Shown here: piece by piece, positions 10,227 to 19,766 of the stretch
How the letters are laid out: the number at the start of each line of letters is the position of its first letter
Position numbering within the stretch: position 1 is the first letter of the stretch
Assembly: GCA_934129895.1 (NCBI GenBank)
Contig: CAKOWY010000003.1
Span: 15,031-79,030 of the forward strand
DNA from: an uncultured Clostridia bacterium
GTDB taxonomy: Bacteria; Bacillota; Clostridia; TANB77; CAG-508
Direction of reading: 5' to 3'
DNA: 64,000 nucleotides
Made by a program: the position numbers and the translations under genes
The notes under the pieces: model-generated
Seen by the model: only the letters and a program-made list of their open reading frames with translations
Databases searched by the model: none
Told to the model about the DNA's origin: nothing

Positions 10227-10541
10227 ATGAATGATGTATTTGTCGAAACCCCTGAATACCAAAGAAACAAAGATAAAAGTCACATTTTAACTTTGCAGTC
10301 ACTCTTTGGTAAGGATGCTCGCAAACTTTACCAGGCATGCAGCATGATGGAAAGCTATAACCGGCCTCCATATCAGAAGCCTACCGAAGTTCAAAAGCTC
10401 AAAAAAGCTCAGCTGAACATCATCCATGCTATCGGAGAAAAACATCACCTTTCTATCAGGTTTGACCAAACAAACATGGAAGAAAGCTGGGTGATTTCTA
10501 ATCCGACTAGCTTGAAGGAAATCGGATCATTCAGAGTCTAA
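10227..10541 (+). CDS. hypothetical protein (104 aa), G+C-rich orphan
   Basis: The ATG at 10227 is preceded by AAGGAGG. The ORF-track start at 10143 would lie almost at the transcription start and has no RBS. No family recognised. A hand count of one 60-nt line gives ~48% G+C. Confidence 0.5.
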   Translation: MNDVFVETPEYQRNKDKSHILTLQSLFGKDARKLYQACSMMESYNRPPYQKPTEVQKLKKAQLNIIHAIGEKHHLSIRFDQTNMEESWVISNPTSLKEIGSFRV

Positions 10542-10558
10542 AAAAGATGTATCTTTTC

Positions 10559-10600
10559 CCCCATCGCCTTATTCATTCGAATTAAGGCGGTGGGGTTTTA
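10559..10600 (+). terminator. rho-independent terminator
   Basis: 13-bp GC-rich stem CCCCATCGCCTTA/TAAGGCGGTGGGG followed by TTTTATTATT. Confidence 0.7.
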
Positions 10601-10711
10601 TTATTCTTAAATTTTCATAAAAAATTTGCTTTATATTTTGCTATGTGCTATAATACCTTTTGTTTATAAGCCCTTTGGGGTAAAAATCATCACATCATAG
10701 GAGGAGACATT

Positions 10712-11179
10712 ATGAAACGGTTTATGGCTTTGATTGTAGGAATTATTCTTTGCATCTTTGCATTCTCTTTGTCAGGATGCTCTAACACAAACTTTTATAA
10801 AAAAGAGCAAAATCAAAAACAATTACAAGAAGAAATTAAAAGTTTACAAACTGAATGTTTAGATTTAATCGGACAAATAAACGAACTAAAAGATATAAAA
10901 CAACGTTTGATGGACAATGAAGAGGTTTCTTATGTTATTGAATTAAGTATTTCTCAAATACATTATACTTTGGATGTTCAAGAAATACTAAAAGATCCAA
11001 TGAACACAATTACCATTCCAATTGAAGTATCTCAAGAATACTACTATAATGTTAAAGTTGGCCAAACTTTAAACGATGATTTACGTGTTGGATCTCTCAT
11101 TTTTGAGGGATCTTGGGAAAATTATAATGTAGTCGTATCTAGCAAACAAATCGTTACAAAAAAAATTGATCCAAACTAA
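10712..11179 (+). CDS. lipoprotein, unknown function
   Basis: Signal peptide plus lipobox 'FAFSLSGCSN'. RBS AGGAGG. Own TTGCTT-17-TATAAT promoter. Confidence 0.65.
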   Translation: MKRFMALIVGIILCIFAFSLSGCSNTNFYKKEQNQKQLQEEIKSLQTECLDLIGQINELKDIKQRLMDNEEVSYVIELSISQIHYTLDVQEILKDPMNTITIPIEVSQEYYYNVKVGQTLNDDLRVGSLIFEGSWENYNVVVSSKQIVTKKIDPN

Positions 11180-11189
11180 TAAAGCCAAA

Positions 11190-11220
11190 GAGACTTACCA
11201 AATGGTAAGTCTCCTTTTTT
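11190..11220. terminator. bidirectional rho-independent terminator
   Basis: GAGACTTACC-AAAT-GGTAAGTCTC stem followed by CTTTTTT. It sits between convergent genes. Confidence 0.7.
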
Positions 11221-11223
11221 ATA

Positions 11224-11412
11224 TTATTCTTCTGCTTTTTTTTCTAATTTAGTTATTGCTTTTAAAGCTTTAGGTCTTTCAAGAACAACAATATGTCCAC
11301 ATCCTAGACATTTTAGTTTAAAATCTACTCCAACTCTAGTTATCTCCCAGAGTTTACTTCCACATGGATGAGTTTTTTTTGTTCTAACTATATCTCCAAT
11401 GTTATATTCCAT
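11224..11412 (-). CDS. DUF951-family small protein
   Basis: 62 aa. 'HPCGSKLWEITRVGVDFKLKCLGCGH' matches the DUF951 Cys pattern as I remember it. Confidence 0.6.
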   Translation of the reverse strand: MEYNIGDIVRTKKTHPCGSKLWEITRVGVDFKLKCLGCGHIVVLERPKALKAITKLEKKAEE

Positions 11413-11423
11413 ATTGTTCCTCC

Positions 11424-11894
11424 TTATCTCTCTATATCTTTAAAATCCTTTTTTCTTCCAAATCTTCTGATAATCTCTTCTACATCTTTTTCTTGAAGCC
11501 CTTTTCCTATTCCTCTTGAATTGGTATCATCCATTTTTATTAAATGTTCTAATAATTCATCATCAAAATCTGGAAATATAACATCATCTAGCAAAATATA
11601 ATCTTCAATATCTTTATGTTCTGCTAAATATTGTTTTATTTCTTTTCCTCTCTCATTATCTATAAAAGGTGTTTTATCAAATAAAATCCCGTTTTGTAAT
11701 AACATTTCTTGAACCTTCAAAAATGATTTTGTATATCTAAAAGATGTATCCATCACAATTTTGGCACCAGTTTCATTTACTGCATTTTTTAATAACCTAA
11801 TTGTTTTTATATCAATATCTTGACTTCCTTTTACACTATCTATAAAATCATCAGAATTTAATACTCCATCAACATCTACAAAAATTACTTTCAC
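11424..11894 (-). CDS. small HAD-like phosphatase
   Basis: Motif I 'VIFVDVDGVLN' and a later 'ILLDD'. Its stop abuts the gltX-proximal gene boundary. Confidence 0.45.
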   Translation of the reverse strand: MKVIFVDVDGVLNSDDFIDSVKGSQDIDIKTIRLLKNAVNETGAKIVMDTSFRYTKSFLKVQEMLLQNGILFDKTPFIDNERGKEIKQYLAEHKDIEDYILLDDVIFPDFDDELLEHLIKMDDTNSRGIGKGLQEKDVEEIIRRFGRKKDFKDIER

Positions 11895-13565
11895 TTATTT
11901 TAAGTTCTCCTTAGCAACTTCTAAACGTTTGGAAATTCTATCTTTTCCCAATACTTGCATAATTTCATACATATCTGGTGTATTTGTTCTAGCTGTTAAA
12001 GCAACTCTTAATACTGTGCTTACATCTCCAACATGAGCTTTATACATTCCTGGATTTGCTTTAAATTCTTTAACCTCTCCTGCATATCCCATTTTTACTG
12101 CTAATTCTTTAATTTTATCAAACCATGTTTGTTTATCATCTAATTCATTGTAATATTTTGAAATATATAAATCTAGTATTTTTGCAATATCTTCTTTATC
12201 AGAAATAACTTGATATGAATATTCATTAACTTTTCCATAAAATTCATCATCATACATATATCCAATATTATACATTACATCAGACCATTTTGAAATATCT
12301 TTTCTTGGCTTTTTATTTCCTCTTTCTATTCCAAATACTTTTAATGCATATTCTTTATCTTCTAACATTTTAGCTAATTCTTCATCATATTCTTTTGCCC
12401 AGATTAATGAATAATTGTATACTTCTTCAGCTGTCATTTTTGATATTACTGTTTTTCCAATATCAAGTAATTTTATCATATCAAATAATGCACCACTTAC
12501 ACTCATTTTGTTTAATTGAAAATCAAATTCATCTATTGATTTATCTGGATTTGCTTTTCTCCAATTTTCGAATGTTGAGTTTGCAATATTTAATAAATAT
12601 TCTTTAACAGCTTCTGATGGAATACCTTCTTTTTTATAATATTCAACAGCTGCTTCTGGATCTTTTCTTTTACTTAATTTTCTTTTTCCTCCATTATCAT
12701 TTTTCATGATTGGTGAAATATGTGCATATTTTGGTGCTTTAAATCCTAACTCATGGAATAATTGTAAATGTAATGGTACTGATGATAACCATTCATCACT
12801 TCTTATTACATGTGTTGTATGCATTAAATGATCATCAACTGCATGTGCAAAATGATATGTTGGAAGTCCATCTGCTTTTATAATTACTATATCTAAATCA
12901 TTTTCTGGAAAATCTACATTTCCTTTTATTACATCTTTATGTTTGATTTTTCTGTCTTCTCTTCCTGGTGATTTGAATCTTATTATATATGATTCTCCAT
13001 TTTTTATTTTTTCAGCAGATTCTTCAACTGTTAAATTTCTACATTTTGCCCAAACTCCATAATATCCAGGTCTTATTTTAGCTGATTCTTGTTTTTGTCT
13101 AATTTCATCTAACTCTTCTTGTGTACAGAAACAAGGATATGCTTTTCCTTGTGCTATTAAATATTTAGCATAAGCTTGATATATTTCTTTTCTTAATGAT
13201 TGCTTATATGGTCCATAATTTCCTATTTCTTCTGTATCTGAAATCATTCCTTCATCTGGTGCCATATCAAAATCTTTTAATGAATTAACTATTCCTGTTA
13301 CTCCATTTTCAACTTCTCTCTTTTGGTCTGTATCTTCAACTCTTAAGAAAAATACTCCACTTGTTTTCTTTGCAACTGTTCTTGCTACTAGTGCTTGATA
13401 CAATCCTCCAATATGTACAAATCCTGTAGGACTTGGTGCAAATCTTGTTACAACAGCTCCTTCTGGTAAGTTTCTTTCAGGATATTTTTCCTCATAATAT
13501 GATATGTCTTTCGCATCTGGAAAGATTAATTCTGCTAAATCTTTATAATCCATAATTTTCAACAT
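11895..13565 (-). CDS. gltX: glutamate--tRNA ligase (long form)
   Basis: HIGH region 'FAPSPTGFVHIGG' and KMSKS region 'KLSKRK'. 556 aa. Confidence 0.85.
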   Translation of the reverse strand: MLKIMDYKDLAELIFPDAKDISYYEEKYPERNLPEGAVVTRFAPSPTGFVHIGGLYQALVARTVAKKTSGVFFLRVEDTDQKREVENGVTGIVNSLKDFDMAPDEGMISDTEEIGNYGPYKQSLRKEIYQAYAKYLIAQGKAYPCFCTQEELDEIRQKQESAKIRPGYYGVWAKCRNLTVEESAEKIKNGESYIIRFKSPGREDRKIKHKDVIKGNVDFPENDLDIVIIKADGLPTYHFAHAVDDHLMHTTHVIRSDEWLSSVPLHLQLFHELGFKAPKYAHISPIMKNDNGGKRKLSKRKDPEAAVEYYKKEGIPSEAVKEYLLNIANSTFENWRKANPDKSIDEFDFQLNKMSVSGALFDMIKLLDIGKTVISKMTAEEVYNYSLIWAKEYDEELAKMLEDKEYALKVFGIERGNKKPRKDISKWSDVMYNIGYMYDDEFYGKVNEYSYQVISDKEDIAKILDLYISKYYNELDDKQTWFDKIKELAVKMGYAGEVKEFKANPGMYKAHVGDVSTVLRVALTARTNTPDMYEIMQVLGKDRISKRLEVAKENLK

Positions 13566-13659
13566 TCCTTGCTCTTCTATATTTAGGTTTTCTGGATTTA
13601 CCTATAAACCTTTTAAAATCCAATCTATTATACTATAAACTTCAGAATAATTCAAGTCC

Positions 13660-14373
13660 TTATATCTCAACAATTTTAGCTTTAAATAGACATATTGTTT
13701 TTGTTCCATTTTTTAAATATTCTTCACTTTCTTCATGTAAATGACCGTGTATATGTAATGGAACCTGATTTTTATACAAATATTTTGTTATTCCTTTTAA
13801 TCCATCATGTGCATTATCATGCAAATCTTTAGTAAATGGCTTATCATGGCTCACTAAGATATCAGCTTTTTCCATTTTATCTGCAATTTCAATACTTTCT
13901 TCATGTGTATATAATGCATATTGATCTGTATTTTTATATTTAAAGCTTCCACTTATTCCTGCAATTTTTGTTCCTTTAATTTCAATAGTTTTTCCATCAA
14001 TATTATTAATACCATTTTCTTTATATTTATCCCAACTATCGTGATTTCCAAGAACTCCACATATTTTATCTTTTGGAATTATTTGAGTTATTTCATATAA
14101 ATCTTCTGCAGAATGATCACCTAATAAAATACAATAATCATAATCCTTTGCATTTTTTATATATTCTATACATTCTTTATCATAAGTTAAACAATTATGA
14201 GTATCTGTTATAAATAAAATTTTCAAATTATATTTTTTGATATCTCTACATCTTCCATATTGTTCATATAACTCATCTTCATAAGTTTTTTCAATTTCTT
14301 CTTTTTTTTCTTCTATTAGTTGTGTTTTATTGTTTCTAAATAAAAATTCTTTAATTTTTTCAAAAATATTCAT
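13660..14373 (-). CDS. metallophosphoesterase
   Basis: Calcineurin-like motifs 'FITDTHN', 'LLGDHS', 'GNHD', 'GHLH'. Confidence 0.7.
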   Translation of the reverse strand: MNIFEKIKEFLFRNNKTQLIEEKKEEIEKTYEDELYEQYGRCRDIKKYNLKILFITDTHNCLTYDKECIEYIKNAKDYDYCILLGDHSAEDLYEITQIIPKDKICGVLGNHDSWDKYKENGINNIDGKTIEIKGTKIAGISGSFKYKNTDQYALYTHEESIEIADKMEKADILVSHDKPFTKDLHDNAHDGLKGITKYLYKNQVPLHIHGHLHEESEEYLKNGTKTICLFKAKIVEI

Positions 14374-14391
14374 ATTTAATCTCCACTTATT

Positions 14392-15318
14392 CTATTTAAA
14401 TAAAATAAAAAACAATACACTTAATACTATTTGTATTAATACAACTATTTTTGTAACCTTATATATTTTTTCTATAATTGCTCTCTTTTTACCATTGTTA
14501 GCATTTTTTCCTATCTGTACCTCATTTTCAGATATAAAACTTTCAACATCATCAACATACACTGATTTATGTGTAGATGTATTGTAATGTGAATATTTTC
14601 CACTTGGTATTAGTGTTTTATACAAAATTTTCATTATAGGAAGACCAAATATATTTCCTATTAAAAATGCTAAAAACCATTGTCCAAAAATTAAAACATA
14701 CTTATTAGTAATATAGTTAGTAATTTCATTTGGTAACTTATTCATATTAACTTTTAATATAAAATATATTATATATGATAAAATTAAACCTATACTTAAG
14801 CAAAAACTTTGAATTCTTATTTGTCTATTCTTTATAGTCTTATTATATCTTTCTTCATTATCTTCTATAGTTCCTCTAATATATGAATGTAGTTTATGAA
14901 CTTGTTCTTCCATGTTAGTTCCATCAACATGAAGAGTTATTGTATCTTCTCTAAAATTCACCCATGTATATAAACTCATATATTCAAAATGATCTATATC
15001 TTTTACATTTGATGAATAATTAACATCATAATTAATTGTTATTAATTCAATAGAAGATAAATTGTTTATATTAGCAATAAACCAATTATAATCATTTTCA
15101 GTAATATCTTTTCCATCTTTATATTTTATTGTATATTGAACTTTAGGAACATTTCCTTTATATTCATATACTTGTTCATTATATTTTAAATTTTGATTTT
15201 TATTTTCATCTCTTTCAAAAAGCTTTCTATATTCTTCTTTTTGATCTTCTAAATAATTTGCTACATCTATTATTGTTTCAATAGGCACAATTTTATTTAC
15301 TATTTTTTCTTCACTCAT
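14392..15318 (-). CDS. membrane protein, unknown function
   Basis: 308-aa ORF with RBS AGGGGGA. A soluble N-terminal ~165 aa is followed by several TM helices. Confidence 0.45.
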   Translation of the reverse strand: MSEEKIVNKIVPIETIIDVANYLEDQKEEYRKLFERDENKNQNLKYNEQVYEYKGNVPKVQYTIKYKDGKDITENDYNWFIANINNLSSIELITINYDVNYSSNVKDIDHFEYMSLYTWVNFREDTITLHVDGTNMEEQVHKLHSYIRGTIEDNEERYNKTIKNRQIRIQSFCLSIGLILSYIIYFILKVNMNKLPNEITNYITNKYVLIFGQWFLAFLIGNIFGLPIMKILYKTLIPSGKYSHYNTSTHKSVYVDDVESFISENEVQIGKNANNGKKRAIIEKIYKVTKIVVLIQIVLSVLFFILFK

Positions 15319-15334
15319 TTTTTATCCCCCTAAA

Positions 15335-16549
15335 TTATTCTAAATATTCTATATATAATTTTTTTATATATTTTTCATCAATTAAATAATTTTTACTTAG
15401 TTTACTATATTGTTTTATAACTTTTTTATTAATTCCAAGTGAAATTGCATATATTAAATATTTTTCCCATATTACTATTGCATTTTCTTCTTGTGTATCA
15501 AGCATTGAATAATCTTCCAAAAATCTTTTAAATGCTTCCCATTTGCATAAATTCTCATCATCTCTAATTTTCAGATGCTTTGGAGATTTAAAAAAGATAT
15601 AAGTTGCAAAAAACATTATATTTATACACATTGTAATTTTCCAATTCATTATTATTGAAAACACACCTACAACCACAAAAAAGTAATACCAATATTCTCT
15701 TTTTTCATCATGTTTTATAATATTAAACATATATAACAATACAATTATAGATAATACTTGATTTATCATAATTTTATATAACATTCCATCTGATTTGAAA
15801 ATAGATATAATATTTTTTACATTCCCCGTTATTATAATAATTCCAAATATAATAAATATAGCTATATATGTTATATATAAATTTATATTTTCTCTTTCTG
15901 ATGTAGATTTACTTATATATGATATATACACATATATAAAACCAATCGTTATAATTATGCTTAAAATTATACCAATTACTATTGCTTTTTCATTTTCTAG
16001 TTTAAAAATATCAGAAATACCTATTAATAATGGTTGTATTAAAGAATAGAAAATAACTATTCCTATACTTGCAAAAACAATTAAAAATATAATTTTGTTT
16101 ATATTCTTTAATATTGAATTTTTATAAATACTGTTCTTTTCTACTTTTCTTTCTAACATTTTATCAAATTCTATAAAGTCTTGTTTAAATTTTTTACTAT
16201 TTATATAATCATCAAAAACTACTCTATCACTATTATGAAATATTCTTTTTAATAAAAATGTTTCATGCTCTTGAAGTTTCAAAGTATTTATTTCTTTTTG
16301 TAATATTAATATTTTCTTGTCTTTTCCTTTTATTGTTTCATTTTTTATTTCAATATATCCTTTTTCTTTTAAATCAATAATTGTTGCTATTATATCATTG
16401 CCATTTACATGACCTTTGATTATTTTTCCTACATATGCTGGTGCATCATCACTGGGAATATCTCTATAATATTGTAAATTTTCTTTAGATACTATTTTTT
16501 TTAGTACTACACTATATATTATTAAAAAAATTAGAATTGCTGTTAACAT
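15335..16549 (-). CDS. DUF2207-like membrane protein
   Basis: 404 aa and polytopic. The C-terminal 'VIWEKYLIYAISLGINKK' block is shared with 4391-5539. Confidence 0.5.
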   Translation of the reverse strand: MLTAILIFLIIYSVVLKKIVSKENLQYYRDIPSDDAPAYVGKIIKGHVNGNDIIATIIDLKEKGYIEIKNETIKGKDKKILILQKEINTLKLQEHETFLLKRIFHNSDRVVFDDYINSKKFKQDFIEFDKMLERKVEKNSIYKNSILKNINKIIFLIVFASIGIVIFYSLIQPLLIGISDIFKLENEKAIVIGIILSIIITIGFIYVYISYISKSTSERENINLYITYIAIFIIFGIIIITGNVKNIISIFKSDGMLYKIMINQVLSIIVLLYMFNIIKHDEKREYWYYFFVVVGVFSIIMNWKITMCINIMFFATYIFFKSPKHLKIRDDENLCKWEAFKRFLEDYSMLDTQEENAIVIWEKYLIYAISLGINKKVIKQYSKLSKNYLIDEKYIKKLYIEYLE

Positions 16550-16562
16550 ATTTTTCTCCTAT

Positions 16563-18017
16563 TTAATTATAAACATTTTCCTTTTTTACCCAAACAGATA
16601 CACTTCCTCCATTACAATAAAATATTCCATTTCCATCTTGATCTACATATACTGTTTCTTGAACATTTCCAAGCCAATCGTAAAATACTGTATTAGCAAG
16701 TTTTGCTCCTACATTAACTGTTTTTGATCCACCTGGTCCATCACTTAATATTACAACCATTCCTGAGTCTATATGATCACTATCACCAGTTCTAACCCAA
16801 GAAATAATATCATGATGATCAAAATAATCAATCTGTTCTCCATAAGCAAAATATTTTCTTGCCTTTATTATCTTTTCTAATTTTTCTCCCATAGGTTTTA
16901 TATTCTGTGATGGTATTCCATAAAAATCGCCATAGAAAACACAAGGTAATCCGTCTTTTCTTAATAAAATTAAAGCATAAGCTAATGGTTTAAACCACTC
17001 TTGTACATAAGAAAATAATGCTTGACCTGGTTCTGTATCATGATTATCTACAAATGTTACTGCTAATTGTGGCATTTCTTTTACCAATGTATTATCAAAT
17101 ATTCTCGCCATATCATAATTTCCATTGCTATTTGAAGCATCAAATAAATTATAATGTAATGGTACATCAAATAATGGAATACTTGAATTTGTTTTGGTAA
17201 TATAATTTTCTAATGCTTTTAAATCTCTGTTCCAATATTCACCAACACAATCTATTTTCTTTATTTTTCTCATCTCATGTATCCACTCTGCCATAAATCC
17301 TGATTTTATATGTTTTACAGCATCTAGTCTAAATCCATCAACATTAGTTGTTTCTAAATACCACTTTCCCCATTTTTTTATTTCTTCTACAACTTCTGGA
17401 TTATTATAATCAACATCAGCTCCCATTAAATAATCATAATTTCCATTTTCTAAATCAACATTTTGATCCCACTTTTTTCCACTAAATCTAAATATACCAT
17501 TTCTTCTTCCACTTTCGTCCCAATCAGTACCATTAAAATGATTATAATTCCACTTGAAATCTGAATATTTATTATTTCTTCCTTTAAAATTATATACTGT
17601 CCATGCTGTTATCTTTTTTGGAAGAGATGTATCTACATTTCGATTTGTCTGTTCTTCTTCACTCGCATAAACTGTTTCCGCTTCATCAGCTCCAATTTTA
17701 TGATTTAATACTGTATCTGCATAGACTTTTATATCATTTTGATGTAATATTTTTATTGCATTTATATATTCTTCCTTTGTTCCATATTTTGTCTCTATAC
17801 TTCCCTTTTGATCAAATTCACCTAAATCATATAAGTCATAAGCTGAATATCCGACATCATATTTTCCTCCTGCTCCTTTATATGCTGGCGGAAACCAAAT
17901 ATCTGTTATTCCTATTGCCGAAAGGTATTTTGCATTTATAGCCGCTTTATTCCACAACATACATTCTGGTTTTAAATACCATTCAAAATATTGCATTAAA
18001 ATTCTATTTTCTTTCAT
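16563..18017 (-). CDS. cytoplasmic alpha-amylase (GH13)
   Basis: 'MQYFEWY', 'GFRLDAVKHI', 'GEYW', 'FVDNHD'. No signal peptide. Confidence 0.85.
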   Translation of the reverse strand: MKENRILMQYFEWYLKPECMLWNKAAINAKYLSAIGITDIWFPPAYKGAGGKYDVGYSAYDLYDLGEFDQKGSIETKYGTKEEYINAIKILHQNDIKVYADTVLNHKIGADEAETVYASEEEQTNRNVDTSLPKKITAWTVYNFKGRNNKYSDFKWNYNHFNGTDWDESGRRNGIFRFSGKKWDQNVDLENGNYDYLMGADVDYNNPEVVEEIKKWGKWYLETTNVDGFRLDAVKHIKSGFMAEWIHEMRKIKKIDCVGEYWNRDLKALENYITKTNSSIPLFDVPLHYNLFDASNSNGNYDMARIFDNTLVKEMPQLAVTFVDNHDTEPGQALFSYVQEWFKPLAYALILLRKDGLPCVFYGDFYGIPSQNIKPMGEKLEKIIKARKYFAYGEQIDYFDHHDIISWVRTGDSDHIDSGMVVILSDGPGGSKTVNVGAKLANTVFYDWLGNVQETVYVDQDGNGIFYCNGGSVSVWVKKENVYN

Positions 18018-18136
18018 TTGTATTTCTTCCTTTTTTATCTTTTTCTAGTACTAATATACTATATTAATAAAAAAAAATCAATCTAAAAAATATTTTTAAT
18101 ATATATTAATATTTGTTATTTCTTATTTTTTCGACT

Positions 18137-18169
18137 AAAAAAAGATCTCTATTTTTTTAGAGATCTTTT
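18137..18169 (-). terminator. rho-independent terminator after spo0A
   Basis: AAAGATCTCT/AGAGATCTTT stem with A/T runs on both sides. Confidence 0.7.
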
Positions 18170-19006
18170 CTATGCACTTTTTAATTCCAATCTTAATTTG
18201 TCGCTAATCATTGCTATAAATTCACTATTTGTTGGCTTTCCCTTTGCTGCTGAAACTGTATAACCAAATATATTTTCAACAACATCTTGTTGTCCTCTTC
18301 CCCATGCAACTTCTATTGCGTGGCGGATTGCACGTTCAACTCTTGATGGAGTTGTATGAAATTTTTCAGCTATTTGCGGATATAAGCATTTTGTTATTTG
18401 ATTTATCACGTCTATATCGTTAATTACCATTATTATTGCCTCTCGTAAATATTGATAACCTTTAATATGTGCAGGAACACCTACTTCGTGTATTATATTT
18501 GTTACTAATGCTTCTATACTATCATCTTTATTACTAGACATATTTTTCAAATCTATATATTGAGATTTAGATGTTGGAGCATTAAATGTACTTTCCCTCG
18601 AAATAAAGTTATTAACTTGTGCCGGTTTATAATTTTTCAATTCACGTATTCGTGTTATTAACAAATCAATATCAAAAGGCTTAACAACATAATACTCTGC
18701 ACCTAATTCTATAGCTCTTCTCGTAATTTTATCTTGACCTACAGCAGACAACATAATACAGATAGGTTTTTTGTTCATCTTTATCATATTAATCTGTTCT
18801 AAAACTCCTATTCCATCTAAATGTGGCATTATAACATCTAATAATATTACATCTGGCATTAAGCTAGAAATCATATCAAGTGCTTCATTCCCATCTTTTG
18901 CTCTTCCAACCACTACCATGTCATCTTGATTTTTTAAATATGTTGCTAGTGTAGTACTAAATTCTTGATTATCATCCGCAATTAAAACTGAAATTTTTTC
19001 TCTCAT
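18170..19006 (-). CDS. spo0A: sporulation master regulator Spo0A
   Basis: Receiver domain 'VLIADDN...[14 protein letters not shown]'. C-terminal signature '[22 protein letters not shown]'. Start set at the ATG preceded by AGGAGG (MREKISV...). Confidence 0.9.
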   Translation of the reverse strand: MREKISVLIADDNQEFSTTLATYLKNQDDMVVVGRAKDGNEALDMISSLMPDVILLDVIMPHLDGIGVLEQINMIKMNKKPICIMLSAVGQDKITRRAIELGAEYYVVKPFDIDLLITRIRELKNYKPAQVNNFISRESTFNAPTSKSQYIDLKNMSSNKDDSIEALVTNIIHEVGVPAHIKGYQYLREAIIMVINDIDVINQITKCLYPQIAEKFHTTPSRVERAIRHAIEVAWGRGQQDVVENIFGYTVSAAKGKPTNSEFIAMISDKLRLELKSA

Positions 19007-19066
19007 AATTTTTCCTCCTAATTTTTTCAATCGTATCTGTAAAAAGTATTAATTTCTACATTTTGG

Positions 19067-19095
19067 ATTATATTACAATATTGATATTATTTCAA
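19067..19095 (-). promoter_or_regulatory. sigma-A-type promoter upstream of spo0A (TTGAAA-17-TATAAT)
   Basis: On the minus strand the -35 is at 19095-19090 and the -10 at 19072-19067, with a 17-nt spacer. Confidence 0.45.
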
Positions 19096-19124
19096 TATAT
19101 TTTTGGAATTTTTTTCCATTTATT

Positions 19125-19766
19125 TTAGATGTTTATACCTTTATTTATCATTTTTCCAGCTAATTCGACAAAACTAATAACACTAATTTTTTTATCTTCT
19201 ATATCATTTACTAATTTTTCTTCTTTGGAAATCTCCATTTCAATAATTAATTTTATATCCTCAAAATATTCTATTTGTATTATATTTATATCATTATTTT
19301 TACAATAATATTTAAAATTTTCCAAACTAGAATATTCTAATTCAACTTCTGCAGTTTTTCCAGGAACTTTACAAACCAATTGACATTTTTCAATAGCCAT
19401 TCTGGTAACATCTGTATAAGCTCTAACAAGACCTCCCGTTCCAAGCAAGATTCCTCCAAAATATCTTGTAACAATTACAACCACATTACATAGTTCTCTT
19501 CCTTGAAGCAAATTCAACATAGGTGCTCCTGCTGTTCCAGAAGGCTCGCCATCATCACTAGATTTTTCTGTTATCATGCCATTATCCATAATTCTATATG
19601 CAATACAATGATGTTTTGCATCATAATACTTCTTTTTTACTGCTTTTATTATATTTTCTGCTTCATTTTTATCAGATACATTATATATTTCTGCAATAAA
19701 TTTTGATTTTTTTTCAACTAATTCTGCATTTTCTTCTTTTAATATTGTATAAAAATGTTCTACCAT
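19125..19766 (-). CDS. YigZ/IMPACT-family protein
   Basis: 'KKSKFIAEI', 'KHHCIAYRI', 'DDGEPSGTAGAPML'. Confidence 0.75.
   Translation of the reverse strand: MVEHFYTILKEENAELVEKKSKFIAEIYNVSDKNEAENIIKAVKKKYYDAKHHCIAYRIMDNGMITEKSSDDGEPSGTAGAPMLNLLQGRELCNVVVIVTRYFGGILLGTGGLVRAYTDVTRMAIEKCQLVCKVPGKTAEVELEYSSLENFKYYCKNNDINIIQIEYFEDIKLIIEMEISKEEKLVNDIEDKKISVISFVELAGKMINKGINI

Noticed and set aside
13566-13659. T-box riboswitch leaders for gltX (and for trpS at 38489-38510).
   Set aside because: The intergenic spaces are ~95 nt and 22 nt, too short for a ~200-nt T-box. No T-box consensus (AAnnnGGGTGGnACCGCG-like) was seen.
19031-19124. A Spo0A box (TGTAGAA) and a sigma-H-type promoter upstream of spo0A.
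   Set aside because: TGTAGAA misses the conserved C of TGNCGAA. The GGAA...GAAAT spacing does not fit the sigma-H consensus convincingly. Only the sigma-A-like TTGAAA-17-TATAAT is reported.
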